30,113 nucleotides of DNA from a virus (IMGVR_UViG_3300002966_000052:1-30113), one strand, 5' to 3'. Counted from the first letter of the stretch, positions 1 to 8,775 are shown. Notes: generated by a model from the letters alone, not told the origin. A program made the numbers and translations.

Positions 1-171
1 CAATTCAGACATCAACTCATTAGACCATTTTTTAATAATTACAACTTTTCTTTTCCTTGATAATGCGTTATTTAGTTCACTTGCGGCAAGTTCCAACTTA
101 TCTTGATTTTTACCAAGCATCTTAAATTGGTTTCTTAAAAACTCAATTCTTTTTCGTTTTATATCTTCCAT
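1..171 (-). CDS. Partial ORF; probable N-terminus of the protein whose C-terminus is at 29473..30113
   Basis: Own translation: ATG at 171, open to base 1, MEDIKRKRIEFLRNQF...VVIIKKWSNELMSEL; ends as an xSEL repeat appears to begin. Confidence 0.7.
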   Translation of the reverse strand, partial: MEDIKRKRIEFLRNQFKMLGKNQDKLELAASELNNALSRKRKVVIIKKWSNELMSEL

Positions 172-175
172 AGTT

Positions 176-499
176 TTAATCTTGAACTTTTCTTATTTCT
201 TCTAAAAAGTAATCATATTCTCTTTCATTGCCCACTTCGTAAATTCCTTCTGGTAAGGTGATTATTTTATGCTCTTGGTGTGTTAGTGTAGCCGCATTAG
301 AAAGTTTAATATAATATCTTCCACTCTCATCTTGTAAAATCTCCATAGTTTGTGGTTCAGCAACTAATGTATGCTTATGTCCTGTTTGTTCTCCTTCTGC
401 TAATATAAATTGATTTTCCTTGCTGACGACCTTTAAATTTTTTGGCAATTCCTCTATTTGTTTTATAATAATATCTCCCTGACGATATATTTTTCTCAT
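176..499 (-). CDS. Conserved phage protein with RQGD / EGExTGHxH / HxEH motifs (probable His-metal protein)
   Basis: Motifs YRQGDI, LAEGEQTGHKH, LTHQEH, LPEGIY, REYDY. From recall, this family usually neighbours DUF6745-like genes. Confidence 0.75.
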   Translation of the reverse strand: MRKIYRQGDIIIKQIEELPKNLKVVSKENQFILAEGEQTGHKHTLVAEPQTMEILQDESGRYYIKLSNAATLTHQEHKIITLPEGIYEVGNEREYDYFLEEIRKVQD

Positions 500-819
500 A
501 GTTTTAATTATTTTTTTAATTATTTTTCTGACCCTTTATTTATTTTCAAGATAGTCAAAACAGCCAGGACAAGCAACCCCTTTTCGTCCTTCGCCCACAT
601 CTTCAAATACTCTGATTTCTTTTTTTTCAATTGCTGGGAATTCTCTGCCACATACTTCGCAAATTTCTGTTTCATTGCCAATTATCTTTTCGTAGCATAT
701 TGGACAAAAAATGGTTTTATTGCCATATTTGTCTTGAATTATTTCTGCTCTATTGTTGGGGATAAAATCCCCGCACACTATACATTTTAATGTTTCCATA
801 GTTTTAATTATTTTTTTAA
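497..819. repeat. Exact 23-bp direct repeat of a start codon plus leader
   Basis: catagttttaattatttttttaa at 497-519 and 797-819; partial copy catagttttaat at 169-180. Confidence 0.85.
536..799 (-). CDS. Double zinc-ribbon protein
   Basis: Four CxxC motifs (CIVC, CPIC, CEVC, CPGC) in 87 aa. Confidence 0.75.
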   Translation of the reverse strand: METLKCIVCGDFIPNNRAEIIQDKYGNKTIFCPICYEKIIGNETEICEVCGREFPAIEKKEIRVFEDVGEGRKGVACPGCFDYLENK

Positions 820-826
820 CGACCTT

Positions 827-985
827 TTAATAATTTTTTTTATTTTCTTTTTCTGCGATTTTAACTTTGTCCTGCCACTTGCTCTTTCCCATTTCTTCTT
901 CAAGTCCTTCTTCTGAATAAGCAGAGATTTTAACAATCACTTCGTCTGTTTCCTCATTTATAATTTTAGCTTCAAAAATATACAT
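827..985 (-). CDS. Small hypothetical protein, 52 aa (not in ORF track)
   Basis: MYIFEAKIINEETDEVIVKISAYSEEGLEEEMGKSKWQDK...; preceded by AAAGGTTG at 1006-1013. Confidence 0.7.
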   Translation of the reverse strand: MYIFEAKIINEETDEVIVKISAYSEEGLEEEMGKSKWQDKVKIAEKENKKNY

Positions 986-1117
986 AGTTTTTTTATTTTA
1001 TTTTGCAACCTTTTAATTTATTAAGTTAATAAATTTTTCGTAATGACCGCTTAAATCTCCCTCATAACCCCCCCCGCATATTTCACCATAAAGAGCCAAA
1101 CAATTATTTGCACAAAA

Positions 1118-1321
1118 CTAATCATCGGGTTTTAGTTCGTCTTCCCAAACCCAAAAAGGAGAAGTGAAATTTCTAAACTTCGGGTCTGCAAGTTGGGCAT
1201 CAATTACTTTATAAATTGGTTGACGGCGGTTATTGTAGAATTCATTTATTGGAGAATCAAGCCTGTCAAGAATTTTTACTTTCATCCCGCACCACTTGAC
1301 AGTGCTATTTATTCTGAACAT
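1118..1321 (-). CDS. Hypothetical protein, first gene after the tandem promoters
   Basis: 67-aa ORF with AAAGGTCG leader at 1348-1355. Confidence 0.65.
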   Translation of the reverse strand: MFRINSTVKWCGMKVKILDRLDSPINEFYNNRRQPIYKVIDAQLADPKFRNFTSPFWVWEDELKPDD

Positions 1322-1357
1322 ATTTTTAGAATTTTTTAATTTTTTTCCGACCTTTAT

Positions 1358-1471
1358 TATATTATATTCCCCTATTTTAAAAAGTCAAGGGGTTTTGTAT
1401 TTTTGCTGATTTTTATCATTTCAATGCTTCTATATATATTATATTCCCTTGTTTTAAAAAGTCAAGGGGTT
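1358..1471 (-). promoter_or_regulatory. Two tandem sigma70-type promoters within a 37-bp direct repeat
   Basis: Copies 1358-1394 and 1435-1471 match at 35/37. Each has TTGACT-16 nt-TATAAT (1383-1388/1361-1366 and 1460-1465/1438-1443). Confidence 0.8.
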
Positions 1472-1486
1472 AGACAATTTTAAAGC

Positions 1487-1608
1487 AAAATAAAAAGCCG
1501 GGCTTGGGATTGGGCATACATTAATAAATAATTACTTATTGGCGCCCCCCCCTTAAAGGGGGGTGTCTTTTTAATAAACATATACCCAACAAAGTCCACA
1601 AGCCCAGC
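1487..1608 (-). terminator. Long rod-like stem-loop plus U-tract at the end of the late operon
   Basis: Minus-strand RNA pairs GCUGGGCUUG/CAAGCCCGGC and UUGGGUAUA/UAUGCCCAA, has an apical C6/G8 stem, and is followed by UUUUUAUUUU. Confidence 0.6.
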
Positions 1609-1621
1609 CCATTTTATTCTA

Positions 1622-1870
1622 TTATTTTTTTTCTGGAACGTCAAGTTTAACCGAAACTCTTTCTTTATTTTTCAACCCAAACACCTTTGCCAATGTTCTT
1701 AATGCATTAATAGTGCTTCCTTTTCTACCAACTAAAATTCCAGCATCTTCTTCACTTGGCACAATCGTTAATAATACTCCCATCTTGTCTATGGTTTCTT
1801 TAATCTTAATCTTGTCTGGATTGTTTACCATTTCCTTAACAATATTTTCAAGAAATTCTTTACTACTCAT
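1622..1870 (-). CDS. khpA: KH-domain RNA-binding protein KhpA
   Basis: 82 aa; EFLENIVKEMVNNPD, GVLLTI, DAGILVGRKGSTINALRTL with GxxG loop. Confidence 0.9.
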   Translation of the reverse strand: MSSKEFLENIVKEMVNNPDKIKIKETIDKMGVLLTIVPSEEDAGILVGRKGSTINALRTLAKVFGLKNKERVSVKLDVPEKK

Positions 1871-1893
1871 TTTTTTTAGTTTTCTTAATTAAC

Positions 1894-2184
1894 TCAACCG
1901 ACCTTTTCTTTCTTTAATATTGATTTTGTTAAAACATCATAACCGCCACTTGCCATTAACCCAACAAAAATCCCATATATGATATTTTGAAGAAGGCCCT
2001 GGGGTGTATATCCTCCACTTAAAACAAAAAGCAAAATAGCAATACCAATAGAAAGAAGCGGTAATCTTTCTTTTGGAATTTCTTTCCCAAAATCTTTTAA
2101 CAAAATCTTAATTGCCTCAACAGTTGCCCCAACTACCACAACTGCCGGAATACCAAATAATAATAATTGCGATGTATCAATCAT
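1894..2184 (-). CDS. Holin
   Basis: Three hydrophobic segments, LPLLSI and GLMASGGYD motifs, basic C-terminus, adjacent to the endolysin. Confidence 0.85.
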   Translation of the reverse strand: MIDTSQLLLFGIPAVVVVGATVEAIKILLKDFGKEIPKERLPLLSIGIAILLFVLSGGYTPQGLLQNIIYGIFVGLMASGGYDVLTKSILKKEKVG

Positions 2185-2238
2185 AATTTTTATTCAATTA
2201 AATATTTATTTTTCAACCTTTGTTTATAAGTTAATTAG

Positions 2239-2772
2239 TTAACATACACCTCCGCTCCATACATAATTCCCTCTTATGGTTTTATACCACTTATTATTAT
2301 TCCCCACGGTTTGTCCATCAACTACGCCCACAACAGTAATAACCGTTCCATAATATAAGACCCTTGAACCAGCCAAAGGAGCCGATGTTGTTGGTCGTGC
2401 CCTTACTCGTAAGGCGGGAACAATCACTTTAACTTGCTTTGGGAAGCCGGGTGTCTGTTGTGCTGGAACCAAAACATTTGGTGGTCTAAAATATCCAAGT
2501 ATCTTTAATTCTTCCCTTGTTCCTGTCCTTCTTGTTATTTCACATCTTTTAAAATTAGCCTCTTCTATTGTAATTTTATCACCATTAACAGCAACGACAA
2601 TACCAACGTGCCCCCAAGGATAACCACAATCCATTATTGCTACCTCGCCAACCAAAGGAATATAACTATTAACTATTTTCATTTTGTCGGCAAGCGTCCA
2701 TAGTCCTCCCGGAAGAGAGGGAACTTTACTTTTTGCATAAAGAACACAATTGCATTTTATATCTTCTCCCAT
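2239..2772 (-). CDS. Endolysin, CHAP domain plus SH3b-like domain
   Basis: NCVLYA (Cys), WGHVGIV (His), IEEANF, GYFRP; proline-rich linker; LRVRARPTTS...WYK...YVW. Confidence 0.88.
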   Translation of the reverse strand: MGEDIKCNCVLYAKSKVPSLPGGLWTLADKMKIVNSYIPLVGEVAIMDCGYPWGHVGIVVAVNGDKITIEEANFKRCEITRRTGTREELKILGYFRPPNVLVPAQQTPGFPKQVKVIVPALRVRARPTTSAPLAGSRVLYYGTVITVVGVVDGQTVGNNNKWYKTIRGNYVWSGGVC

Positions 2773-2807
2773 AATTTTATAATATTATTATAAATTGACC
2801 TTTATTT

Positions 2808-2836
2808 ATTTTAACGCTCACCACAATTAAAGTCAA
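2808..2836 (-). promoter_or_regulatory. Sigma70-type promoter upstream of endolysin-holin-khpA
   Basis: TTGACT (2831-2836), 17 nt, TAAAAT (2808-2813). Confidence 0.6.
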
Positions 2837-2848
2837 GAGTTTTAAAAA

Positions 2849-3103
2849 TCAGTGGACTTGTATTAAATAACCAATAATCGTTATTAGTATACCAAGAATA
2901 AATGTTCCAATACCAACTATAGTTGAAAGCAGTTTCCAGTTCGGTTGCTTTAAAACCACGTCCTTTAGGTTTTCTATTTCTTCTTGTATGCATTTAAGAT
3001 GATTGTCCTTAATCTCTTTTATATCTTCTTTAATATAATGAATATCTCTCTTTATAATCGCAATTTCAATATCTTGTTTTTTATTGTAATTGTTTTCTGG
3101 CAT
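2849..3103 (-). CDS. Coiled-coil plus C-terminal TM protein (XhlA/holin-like lysis-associated)
   Basis: IAIIKRDIHYIKEDIKEIKDNHL then a hydrophobic C-terminus; start moved to ATG 3103 to avoid overlap. Confidence 0.6.
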   Translation of the reverse strand: MPENNYNKKQDIEIAIIKRDIHYIKEDIKEIKDNHLKCIQEEIENLKDVVLKQPNWKLLSTIVGIGTFILGILITIIGYLIQVH

Positions 3104-3165
3104 AGTTATAGGTAAGCACAAACAAAAAGAATTATTAATTGCGACATTGTTTTTCTTACATATTT

Positions 3166-3966
3166 TTATGGTATCCAAAAATGAATTATACTATCTACAG
3201 ATATTCCATTGGTTTGGTCCGAAGAAAGACGAATTGAGGTGATTGGATTACAAGCAAAATTTGCAGCACCAGCCCGATAATTTAAGAAAACACCTGATGG
3301 TGCCCCCTGTACTACAGAGGAATAAAACTTGGCATAAGAATCAGTTGCTATCTGAATAAATCCAGTTATACTTCCTTTTTCTGTACTATTTAAATAAGCA
3401 ATCGTTGAATTATTATCCCTTCCTGCACTAGTGCTTGTTCCAGCGACAGTAAGATATTGTGTATAATAATTTGTCTGTGTATAGTTCCCATTAAAAAATA
3501 AAGAAAATCTTGCCGATGAAGAAGCGGCATTTCTTAAATTCAGCGAGAAATAACAGGTATGATTAAAACCCCTATCAATTATAAGATTAGTAATATCAAT
3601 ATAGGTTTTGCTTGAAGTAACATATTCATAATAATGCCTACTCGTCTGATAAGAACATAATTCTTTGGTGAGGGTAAATGCTGGATTGGTAATTGCCTCG
3701 TTATTCAATGTATAATTTGGACCAAAATAAACCGTTATAGTTGTTGAAGTAACCGCTGTAATTATTCCATATTTTGTACCATCAGTTTGTTGAGTAATAC
3801 GAATTCTCATTCCCTTTGTGTATCTTTGGGTTGCGTCAGAAGGAACAGTAATTACACCAATTCTTGTAGAGGAATTCCAAGAGGAATAAGACCAAGTTTC
3901 ATTTGGTTGTATCCATCCATCACGTAGATTTTCAATTGTTAAATTTGCTCCAGAATAAATTGACAT
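3166..3966 (-). CDS. Putative receptor-binding / tail fibre protein
   Basis: Last tail-module gene; S/T/Y-rich beta composition; N-terminal DGW...W.Y...KGMRIRITQ, C-terminal ITSIRL. Confidence 0.6.
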   Translation of the reverse strand: MSIYSGANLTIENLRDGWIQPNETWSYSSWNSSTRIGVITVPSDATQRYTKGMRIRITQQTDGTKYGIITAVTSTTITVYFGPNYTLNNEAITNPAFTLTKELCSYQTSRHYYEYVTSSKTYIDITNLIIDRGFNHTCYFSLNLRNAASSSARFSLFFNGNYTQTNYYTQYLTVAGTSTSAGRDNNSTIAYLNSTEKGSITGFIQIATDSYAKFYSSVVQGAPSGVFLNYRAGAANFACNPITSIRLSSDQTNGISVDSIIHFWIP

Positions 3967-3986
3967 AATTTTTTATTTTTTCTTAT

Positions 3987-4571
3987 TTAAAGACCTTTAG
4001 GTTTTTCTTCTGGTTCTTTAAGTTGATGTTCTTTAGCCCCCTCATTAAATCTTTTAGCATTATCATATATTTTATTGTCTTTTATTTTTTTAAATTCTCC
4101 ATCGGGAGTTAACTCCAGCACCTTTTTTCCTTTTGGATTGATAAAAACTAGGCTTTCGTCCTCCTCTGTAATAACCCAATTATTTTTAAAGATTAAATCG
4201 CCAGTTGTAAACCCACCGGAAGAATGAATATTTACAAAATATCCATCTTTAAACCTATAATTTGAAGCCCCCAACATTACTGTATCATGATTTGCTGGGA
4301 AAACCAAGGGACTTCCAGCAACTACCCTTGAAAATCCCAATACGTTATCACCATAAATATTTTTAATTCTTCCGTATTCATCAAATTGAATATTGCCCCC
4401 AAACCAACTAATAAGATCTCCACCATTTGATATTCCAAATGCTCCAATATAACACCCATTTCCAAGAATTATAGAATTTTTATCAATACACCAACCAGTC
4501 AAGGATGCACCGCCACCTTGGCCAGGTATTTCACGTGGGGGGCGGGGTATATTGTTTGATGTTATTGCCAT
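3987..4571 (-). CDS. Putative tail tip / fibre-associated protein
   Basis: Gly-rich beta content, LGASNYRFKDGY and TGDLIFKNNWVITE segments, position in tail module. Confidence 0.55.
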   Translation of the reverse strand: MAITSNNIPRPPREIPGQGGGASLTGWCIDKNSIILGNGCYIGAFGISNGGDLISWFGGNIQFDEYGRIKNIYGDNVLGFSRVVAGSPLVFPANHDTVMLGASNYRFKDGYFVNIHSSGGFTTGDLIFKNNWVITEEDESLVFINPKGKKVLELTPDGEFKKIKDNKIYDNAKRFNEGAKEHQLKEPEEKPKGL

Positions 4572-4594
4572 AATTTTATAATGTTATTATAATT

Positions 4595-5128
4595 TTAAGA
4601 AGAAGAGAGAGTGAATAATCTCTCAATAATTAATGCATTAGTATTTGTTTTGTTTCCCTCTGATTGTGATAAAGCAATCACAGAAAGCAAAACTCCACTA
4701 TTTGCCGTTTCAACATCTCCCGCAATAAAAATACCCTCTTCTGTAAATTGCCCTGTGCACTCTTCTGGCAAATAATGTGATAAAATCAAAAACTTATTTT
4801 GATATGATTCCCTTGATGAAACATATTTTCTATATTTCTCTGAAAAAAGTTGGGTTGATGATGCTGTATGCGTTCCTGTTCCGTCGCCAATTGCACAAAT
4901 TGATGGTGCAATCTCGACAATACTCAAATTAACATTCCCAGCCAATACTCTCGCAATTCTTTCGAGCCCCTTATTAGTAATCAAGTTGTGCTTGGTTGAT
5001 TTAAAATAAGCAAGTTTTTTGATTTTATCAATCTCACCGTTTTTTAAAAGTTTTCTATACTCCCTACAATCTTTAATTTTATATATGTTGACCCTTTCAT
5101 TTTTAAATATAAATTCTGACTTTTTCAT
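4595..5128 (-). CDS. Putative baseplate / tail tip protein
   Basis: NLITNKGL, AIGDGT, TQLFSEKYRK, TEEGIF motifs; start ATG 5128 just after the upstream stop. Confidence 0.6.
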   Translation of the reverse strand: MKKSEFIFKNERVNIYKIKDCREYRKLLKNGEIDKIKKLAYFKSTKHNLITNKGLERIARVLAGNVNLSIVEIAPSICAIGDGTGTHTASSTQLFSEKYRKYVSSRESYQNKFLILSHYLPEECTGQFTEEGIFIAGDVETANSGVLLSVIALSQSEGNKTNTNALIIERLFTLSSS

Positions 5129-5132
5129 ATTT

Positions 5133-6608
5133 TTAAGAAATTTTTGCCCCGCCATCAATTACTGCTGTTCTTATTGTGTCGGTTGGCCAGGGATTACTTG
5201 AAAAATGCTCTCCAATAACATAAGTCGGTTCTGTGGTCCCAAGTGTTTTTGATACTGACTCGTCAAATATTAAACTTTCTGAATGTTGTCCGTGCTTAGT
5301 AATGATGGCACTTTTATCAATGTCGAGCTCTTTTGCCTTATCAAGCAATATTTTTTGAAGAACATCTACAACCCCCAATGTCTTTTGTGTTATTAATGAA
5401 ACATTATATTCAAAATCAGTTGGTGTTCTCATATTAAAATCTACACTTTTGATAATAAAATCCTGATTAACTCCCCTTATTGTTGAATTTATATTAAGAA
5501 GTTGCCCAGCCCTCCATCCTGATGTTGTGCTTTTAAACCCTCCCTCACAAATCTGATCTTTATAAGCATCCATAATTGATGCAGCATATTGGGCTGCCTG
5601 TGCATAACTTAAAATATTCTTATTTATCTCATATTTTTGGCGAATTCCATATTGGTTAATTGATTCTTGGTCACTTGCCAACAATCTTATTGGAACAATC
5701 TCTCTTCCAATTAATGTAATTTTATCAGTAATTGTTGGTCTACAATCTTCTCTAAACCTAATCCATTTTCCATTAAAGTCCCACATAACCTCATAATCAT
5801 TTGGATTATCTAATCCATTAACACCGACACTATATTGATATTCCATATAAGTTCCATAATCCTTATAAACTGATGGTTTTTCTCCATATTCTATTACTGT
5901 TGGCCATTCTCTCCTATAATCTGAAAAATCACTTTCCCACACAACAAAATCGTGTCTTTGGGCTTCTCCCAAAAAAGAACCACCATCAATTATAACGCTA
6001 TTAATAATATTGCTCCAGTCAAAATTTATTTCTAAACTATCAAACACATATCCGCCACTTGTATCTGTTAAGTTCATCGGTGCAGTTTCTTCACCCCTTG
6101 CAAAAAAATGAATATCTTTATCTGGATCAATATACCAGCAATAGCCAATTAAATCCGCCAGTTCATCGATACACTTTGAGACCGGCTTTCCATTAAATAC
6201 AATATAAGCAATTTCGGCATCGCAATTAACATTATTCATCGTAATTCCAGTATCGGTTAAATAATTATTAACAAGGTAATCAATAATGTAATTAACTGTT
6301 TTTTTTTCAAATATCTCAAAAACAATTCTACCATCCATTATTTCTGAATAATCCTTTGCTTCTGCCCTGCACCTTACTAGCCCTCCTTCTAATGATTTTG
6401 AAATCTTTGTTATTATCCCACCAAAAATCTTGCTGGCTCCATCATAAATAGCAATATCGTCATTGCCATCAATCCCAGGATCCCTGTTTCCATAGATATA
6501 ATATTCCAGTTCCGCAGTATCTGGATCGGAATTCAAATTATTTTTAACTGACACTTTTTTAAAATAATTTGTCTTATCTATTCCGTTTATTTTAACTGTA
6601 ATTGACAT
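5133..6608 (-). CDS. Tail hub / Tal-like (gpD-like) protein
   Basis: Follows tape measure; IFGGII, LADLIGYCWYIDPDKDIHFF, SINQYGIR, GWRAGQLLNI. Confidence 0.72.
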   Translation of the reverse strand: MSITVKINGIDKTNYFKKVSVKNNLNSDPDTAELEYYIYGNRDPGIDGNDDIAIYDGASKIFGGIITKISKSLEGGLVRCRAEAKDYSEIMDGRIVFEIFEKKTVNYIIDYLVNNYLTDTGITMNNVNCDAEIAYIVFNGKPVSKCIDELADLIGYCWYIDPDKDIHFFARGEETAPMNLTDTSGGYVFDSLEINFDWSNIINSVIIDGGSFLGEAQRHDFVVWESDFSDYRREWPTVIEYGEKPSVYKDYGTYMEYQYSVGVNGLDNPNDYEVMWDFNGKWIRFREDCRPTITDKITLIGREIVPIRLLASDQESINQYGIRQKYEINKNILSYAQAAQYAASIMDAYKDQICEGGFKSTTSGWRAGQLLNINSTIRGVNQDFIIKSVDFNMRTPTDFEYNVSLITQKTLGVVDVLQKILLDKAKELDIDKSAIITKHGQHSESLIFDESVSKTLGTTEPTYVIGEHFSSNPWPTDTIRTAVIDGGAKIS

Positions 6609-6609
6609 A

Positions 6610-8226
6610 TTAATAAGCTAATTTAATTCTATTTCTTAATCTTTCAGCAAGAACCCTATCTACCCTATCAACAACCTCATCTAGGTTAACGAACGTATTG
6701 TCTTTAACAATAACTGTTATATTTCCAATTCCGCTTTTGTTTAATGGAACAACCACTTCTGGTCCTGCCTCACCCACCATTGCTAAAGTTGGTTGTGTAA
6801 TTAATCCCCCTTCTGCCAAATAAGGAATATAACCTATATTAAATCCAAGAGATTTTCCACCCAGGCCCGGAACCCAACCTGGAATACTAATGTGTATTTT
6901 ATTTAATCCACTTATCATTCCGTTTATTGCCCTAATAATGCTATTGATAAATCCCTTTATTCCATTAACAATTCCGCTCCAAATCCCATATGTTACAGCT
7001 GATATTCTAAACCAGATATATTGAAAAAAATCATAAATAGTTTTTAATTTTGTTTGTATCTCTATCCAAGCCGTATGCAGGGGTATTACCACATAAGCGT
7101 GCCATAGGTTAGATATTGTACTCATTGCTCCATGCCAATTTCGTGCCACTACATAAATTGCTGCACCAATAATAGTTAATAATCCAATAACTATTAAAAT
7201 CGGAGAAGAAAGTGCTCCCATAATAGCACCAAACATGGTTAGTATTGTTCCAAATCCTATTAATACACTTATAACCGCTAAAACAGCCTTAATAAGTTCG
7301 GGGTGTTTGCTTGTCCATTCCTCAAATTTATTAATTATCTTCATTATAATTGGCATCACAAATGCCGCAATAACCCGCCCAAATTCAACTGCAGCCCCCG
7401 CCAGTTTTTTAAACATCTCTACTGTTTCTGGTCTTTGTGCCCATTCTGTTATTTTTTTAATAAAAGGAGTTAATGCAGTAGCAAGCGTCTCGCCAATAGT
7501 TTCTTGAAGATCGTCAAGTGCATTTTGCATTTGAGCTATATTGCCAGAGGTTGTCTTGCCCATTTCCTCGCCAAGACCACCAAAATTCTGTCTAAGTATT
7601 TCAGTCATAATATTTAACCTTTGCTCCATTGTCCCTGTTTTTAAGATTTGCTGTTGAGTTGGTGTCATTATTACACCAACCCTCCTTAATGCACCAGTTA
7701 ATCCCTCAATATCTTCACCACCAAGTGCTTTTGCAACCATTATCGCATTTTGCTCAAGATCTGGCATTGAGCCATCAACTCTTGCAATCCCCTCTGCCAT
7801 ATCAATCAAAGATGGAGTTAATCTTTCAATTTGTTTTTGATTTAGTTGAAAGGTTGCTAATATACCCTGTGCTGATATTATTTGTTCATCACTAAATCTT
7901 GTTACTTTTTGAAGTGCATCAGCCTGTGCCAATAATGAGGTAATATCATTATCTCTTGCTGTTTTTACATTTTTTAAGGCTCCCTCCAGTCTTCTTACTG
8001 CATTTTCTTGTTTCATATAAGAATCAAGTGCTTTTTTCCCTTCAAAAACCAAAGCACCAGCCATTGCAGTTCCGGCGGCCATCATTTTTGTACCCACACT
8101 TTGCATTGTTTTCCCAACAGAATGAATCTTCTCTTCAATATTTTTTATATTGCTCTCAACTCCCCCAAAGGTGGAACTTGTTTTATCTATTGCATCAATT
8201 ATAATTTGTAATGTTTCTCTTGTCAT
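6610..8226 (-). CDS. Tape measure protein
   Basis: LQIIIDAIDKTS N-terminus, helical Ala/Leu-rich core, hydrophobic segments, W-spaced repeats, LAEGG...VGEAGPEVVVPL. Confidence 0.93.
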   Translation of the reverse strand: MTRETLQIIIDAIDKTSSTFGGVESNIKNIEEKIHSVGKTMQSVGTKMMAAGTAMAGALVFEGKKALDSYMKQENAVRRLEGALKNVKTARDNDITSLLAQADALQKVTRFSDEQIISAQGILATFQLNQKQIERLTPSLIDMAEGIARVDGSMPDLEQNAIMVAKALGGEDIEGLTGALRRVGVIMTPTQQQILKTGTMEQRLNIMTEILRQNFGGLGEEMGKTTSGNIAQMQNALDDLQETIGETLATALTPFIKKITEWAQRPETVEMFKKLAGAAVEFGRVIAAFVMPIIMKIINKFEEWTSKHPELIKAVLAVISVLIGFGTILTMFGAIMGALSSPILIVIGLLTIIGAAIYVVARNWHGAMSTISNLWHAYVVIPLHTAWIEIQTKLKTIYDFFQYIWFRISAVTYGIWSGIVNGIKGFINSIIRAINGMISGLNKIHISIPGWVPGLGGKSLGFNIGYIPYLAEGGLITQPTLAMVGEAGPEVVVPLNKSGIGNITVIVKDNTFVNLDEVVDRVDRVLAERLRNRIKLAY

Positions 8227-8227
8227 T

Positions 8228-8422
8228 TTATTTCTTGATTTTTCTCAACTCTTCAATTTCTGCCTTTCTATCTTCATTTTCCTTTGCTAGAATTGTTTCA
8301 ATAAGCCATTGTGGTTGTTCCAAAAACTCATCATAAGTCCAGCCAGTTTTTTCACAAATAATCGCAACCATCATTTCGTGGGTTAGCTTTCCTGATTTGT
8401 AGTATTTTCTACTATCCTCTGT
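8228..8422 (-). CDS. Tail assembly chaperone gpT-like extension in the -1 frame
   Basis: Open -1 frame from the A9 run (8422-8430): TEDSRKYYKSGKLTHEMMVAIICEKTGWTYDEFLEQPQWLIETIL...KIKK stop. Confidence 0.8.
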   Translation of the reverse strand, partial: TEDSRKYYKSGKLTHEMMVAIICEKTGWTYDEFLEQPQWLIETILAKENEDRKAEIEELRKIKK

Positions 8423-8775
8423 TTTTTTTTATCTCCCTCTATAATTTTATTGATTTCTGCCATAACAAAATCAAAATCACTCTTGCAAAAATTAAGAACC
8501 ACTTCATTTAGATTTTCTTTAACTCCATCAACTGAAACAACTAATGTATTAATTTTTGCATCTTCTTCTGCGTTTGACATCTTAAATGCATCCAAAAGAG
8601 TTATTTCAATTTCTCCAGATCTTTTCATTGCTTCAAATTCTGCCTGATTAAACCTGTATTTAATCTCATCGCTTGCCCCTGCCAGCTGAATTTCTCTAAA
8701 ATCTCTTGCAGTTAATGTTTTTTTAATCTCAACTTTATGTTTTTCTATCGGGGTTTCTATTATTTTCGTTTCCAT
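8383..8775 (-). CDS. Tail assembly chaperone (gpG-like)
   Basis: Acidic 130 aa between tail tube and tape measure, with a slippery site near its end. Confidence 0.82.
   Translation of the reverse strand: METKIIETPIEKHKVEIKKTLTARDFREIQLAGASDEIKYRFNQAEFEAMKRSGEIEITLLDAFKMSNAEEDAKINTLVVSVDGVKENLNEVVLNFCKSDFDFVMAEINKIIEGDKKKQRIVENTTNQES

Noticed and set aside
1040-1117. G8 run and ATGGTGA...ATGAGGG similarity to 21897-21922 as tRNA remnant or shared element
   Set aside because: No cloverleaf or T-loop; the match is short and could be chance.
1358-1471. 37-bp direct repeat as a mini CRISPR array
   Set aside because: Only two copies, no cas genes, and each copy is explained by -35/-10 promoter boxes.
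3166-4571. Diversity-generating retroelement targeting tail genes
   Set aside because: No reverse transcriptase and no template/variable repeat pair seen.
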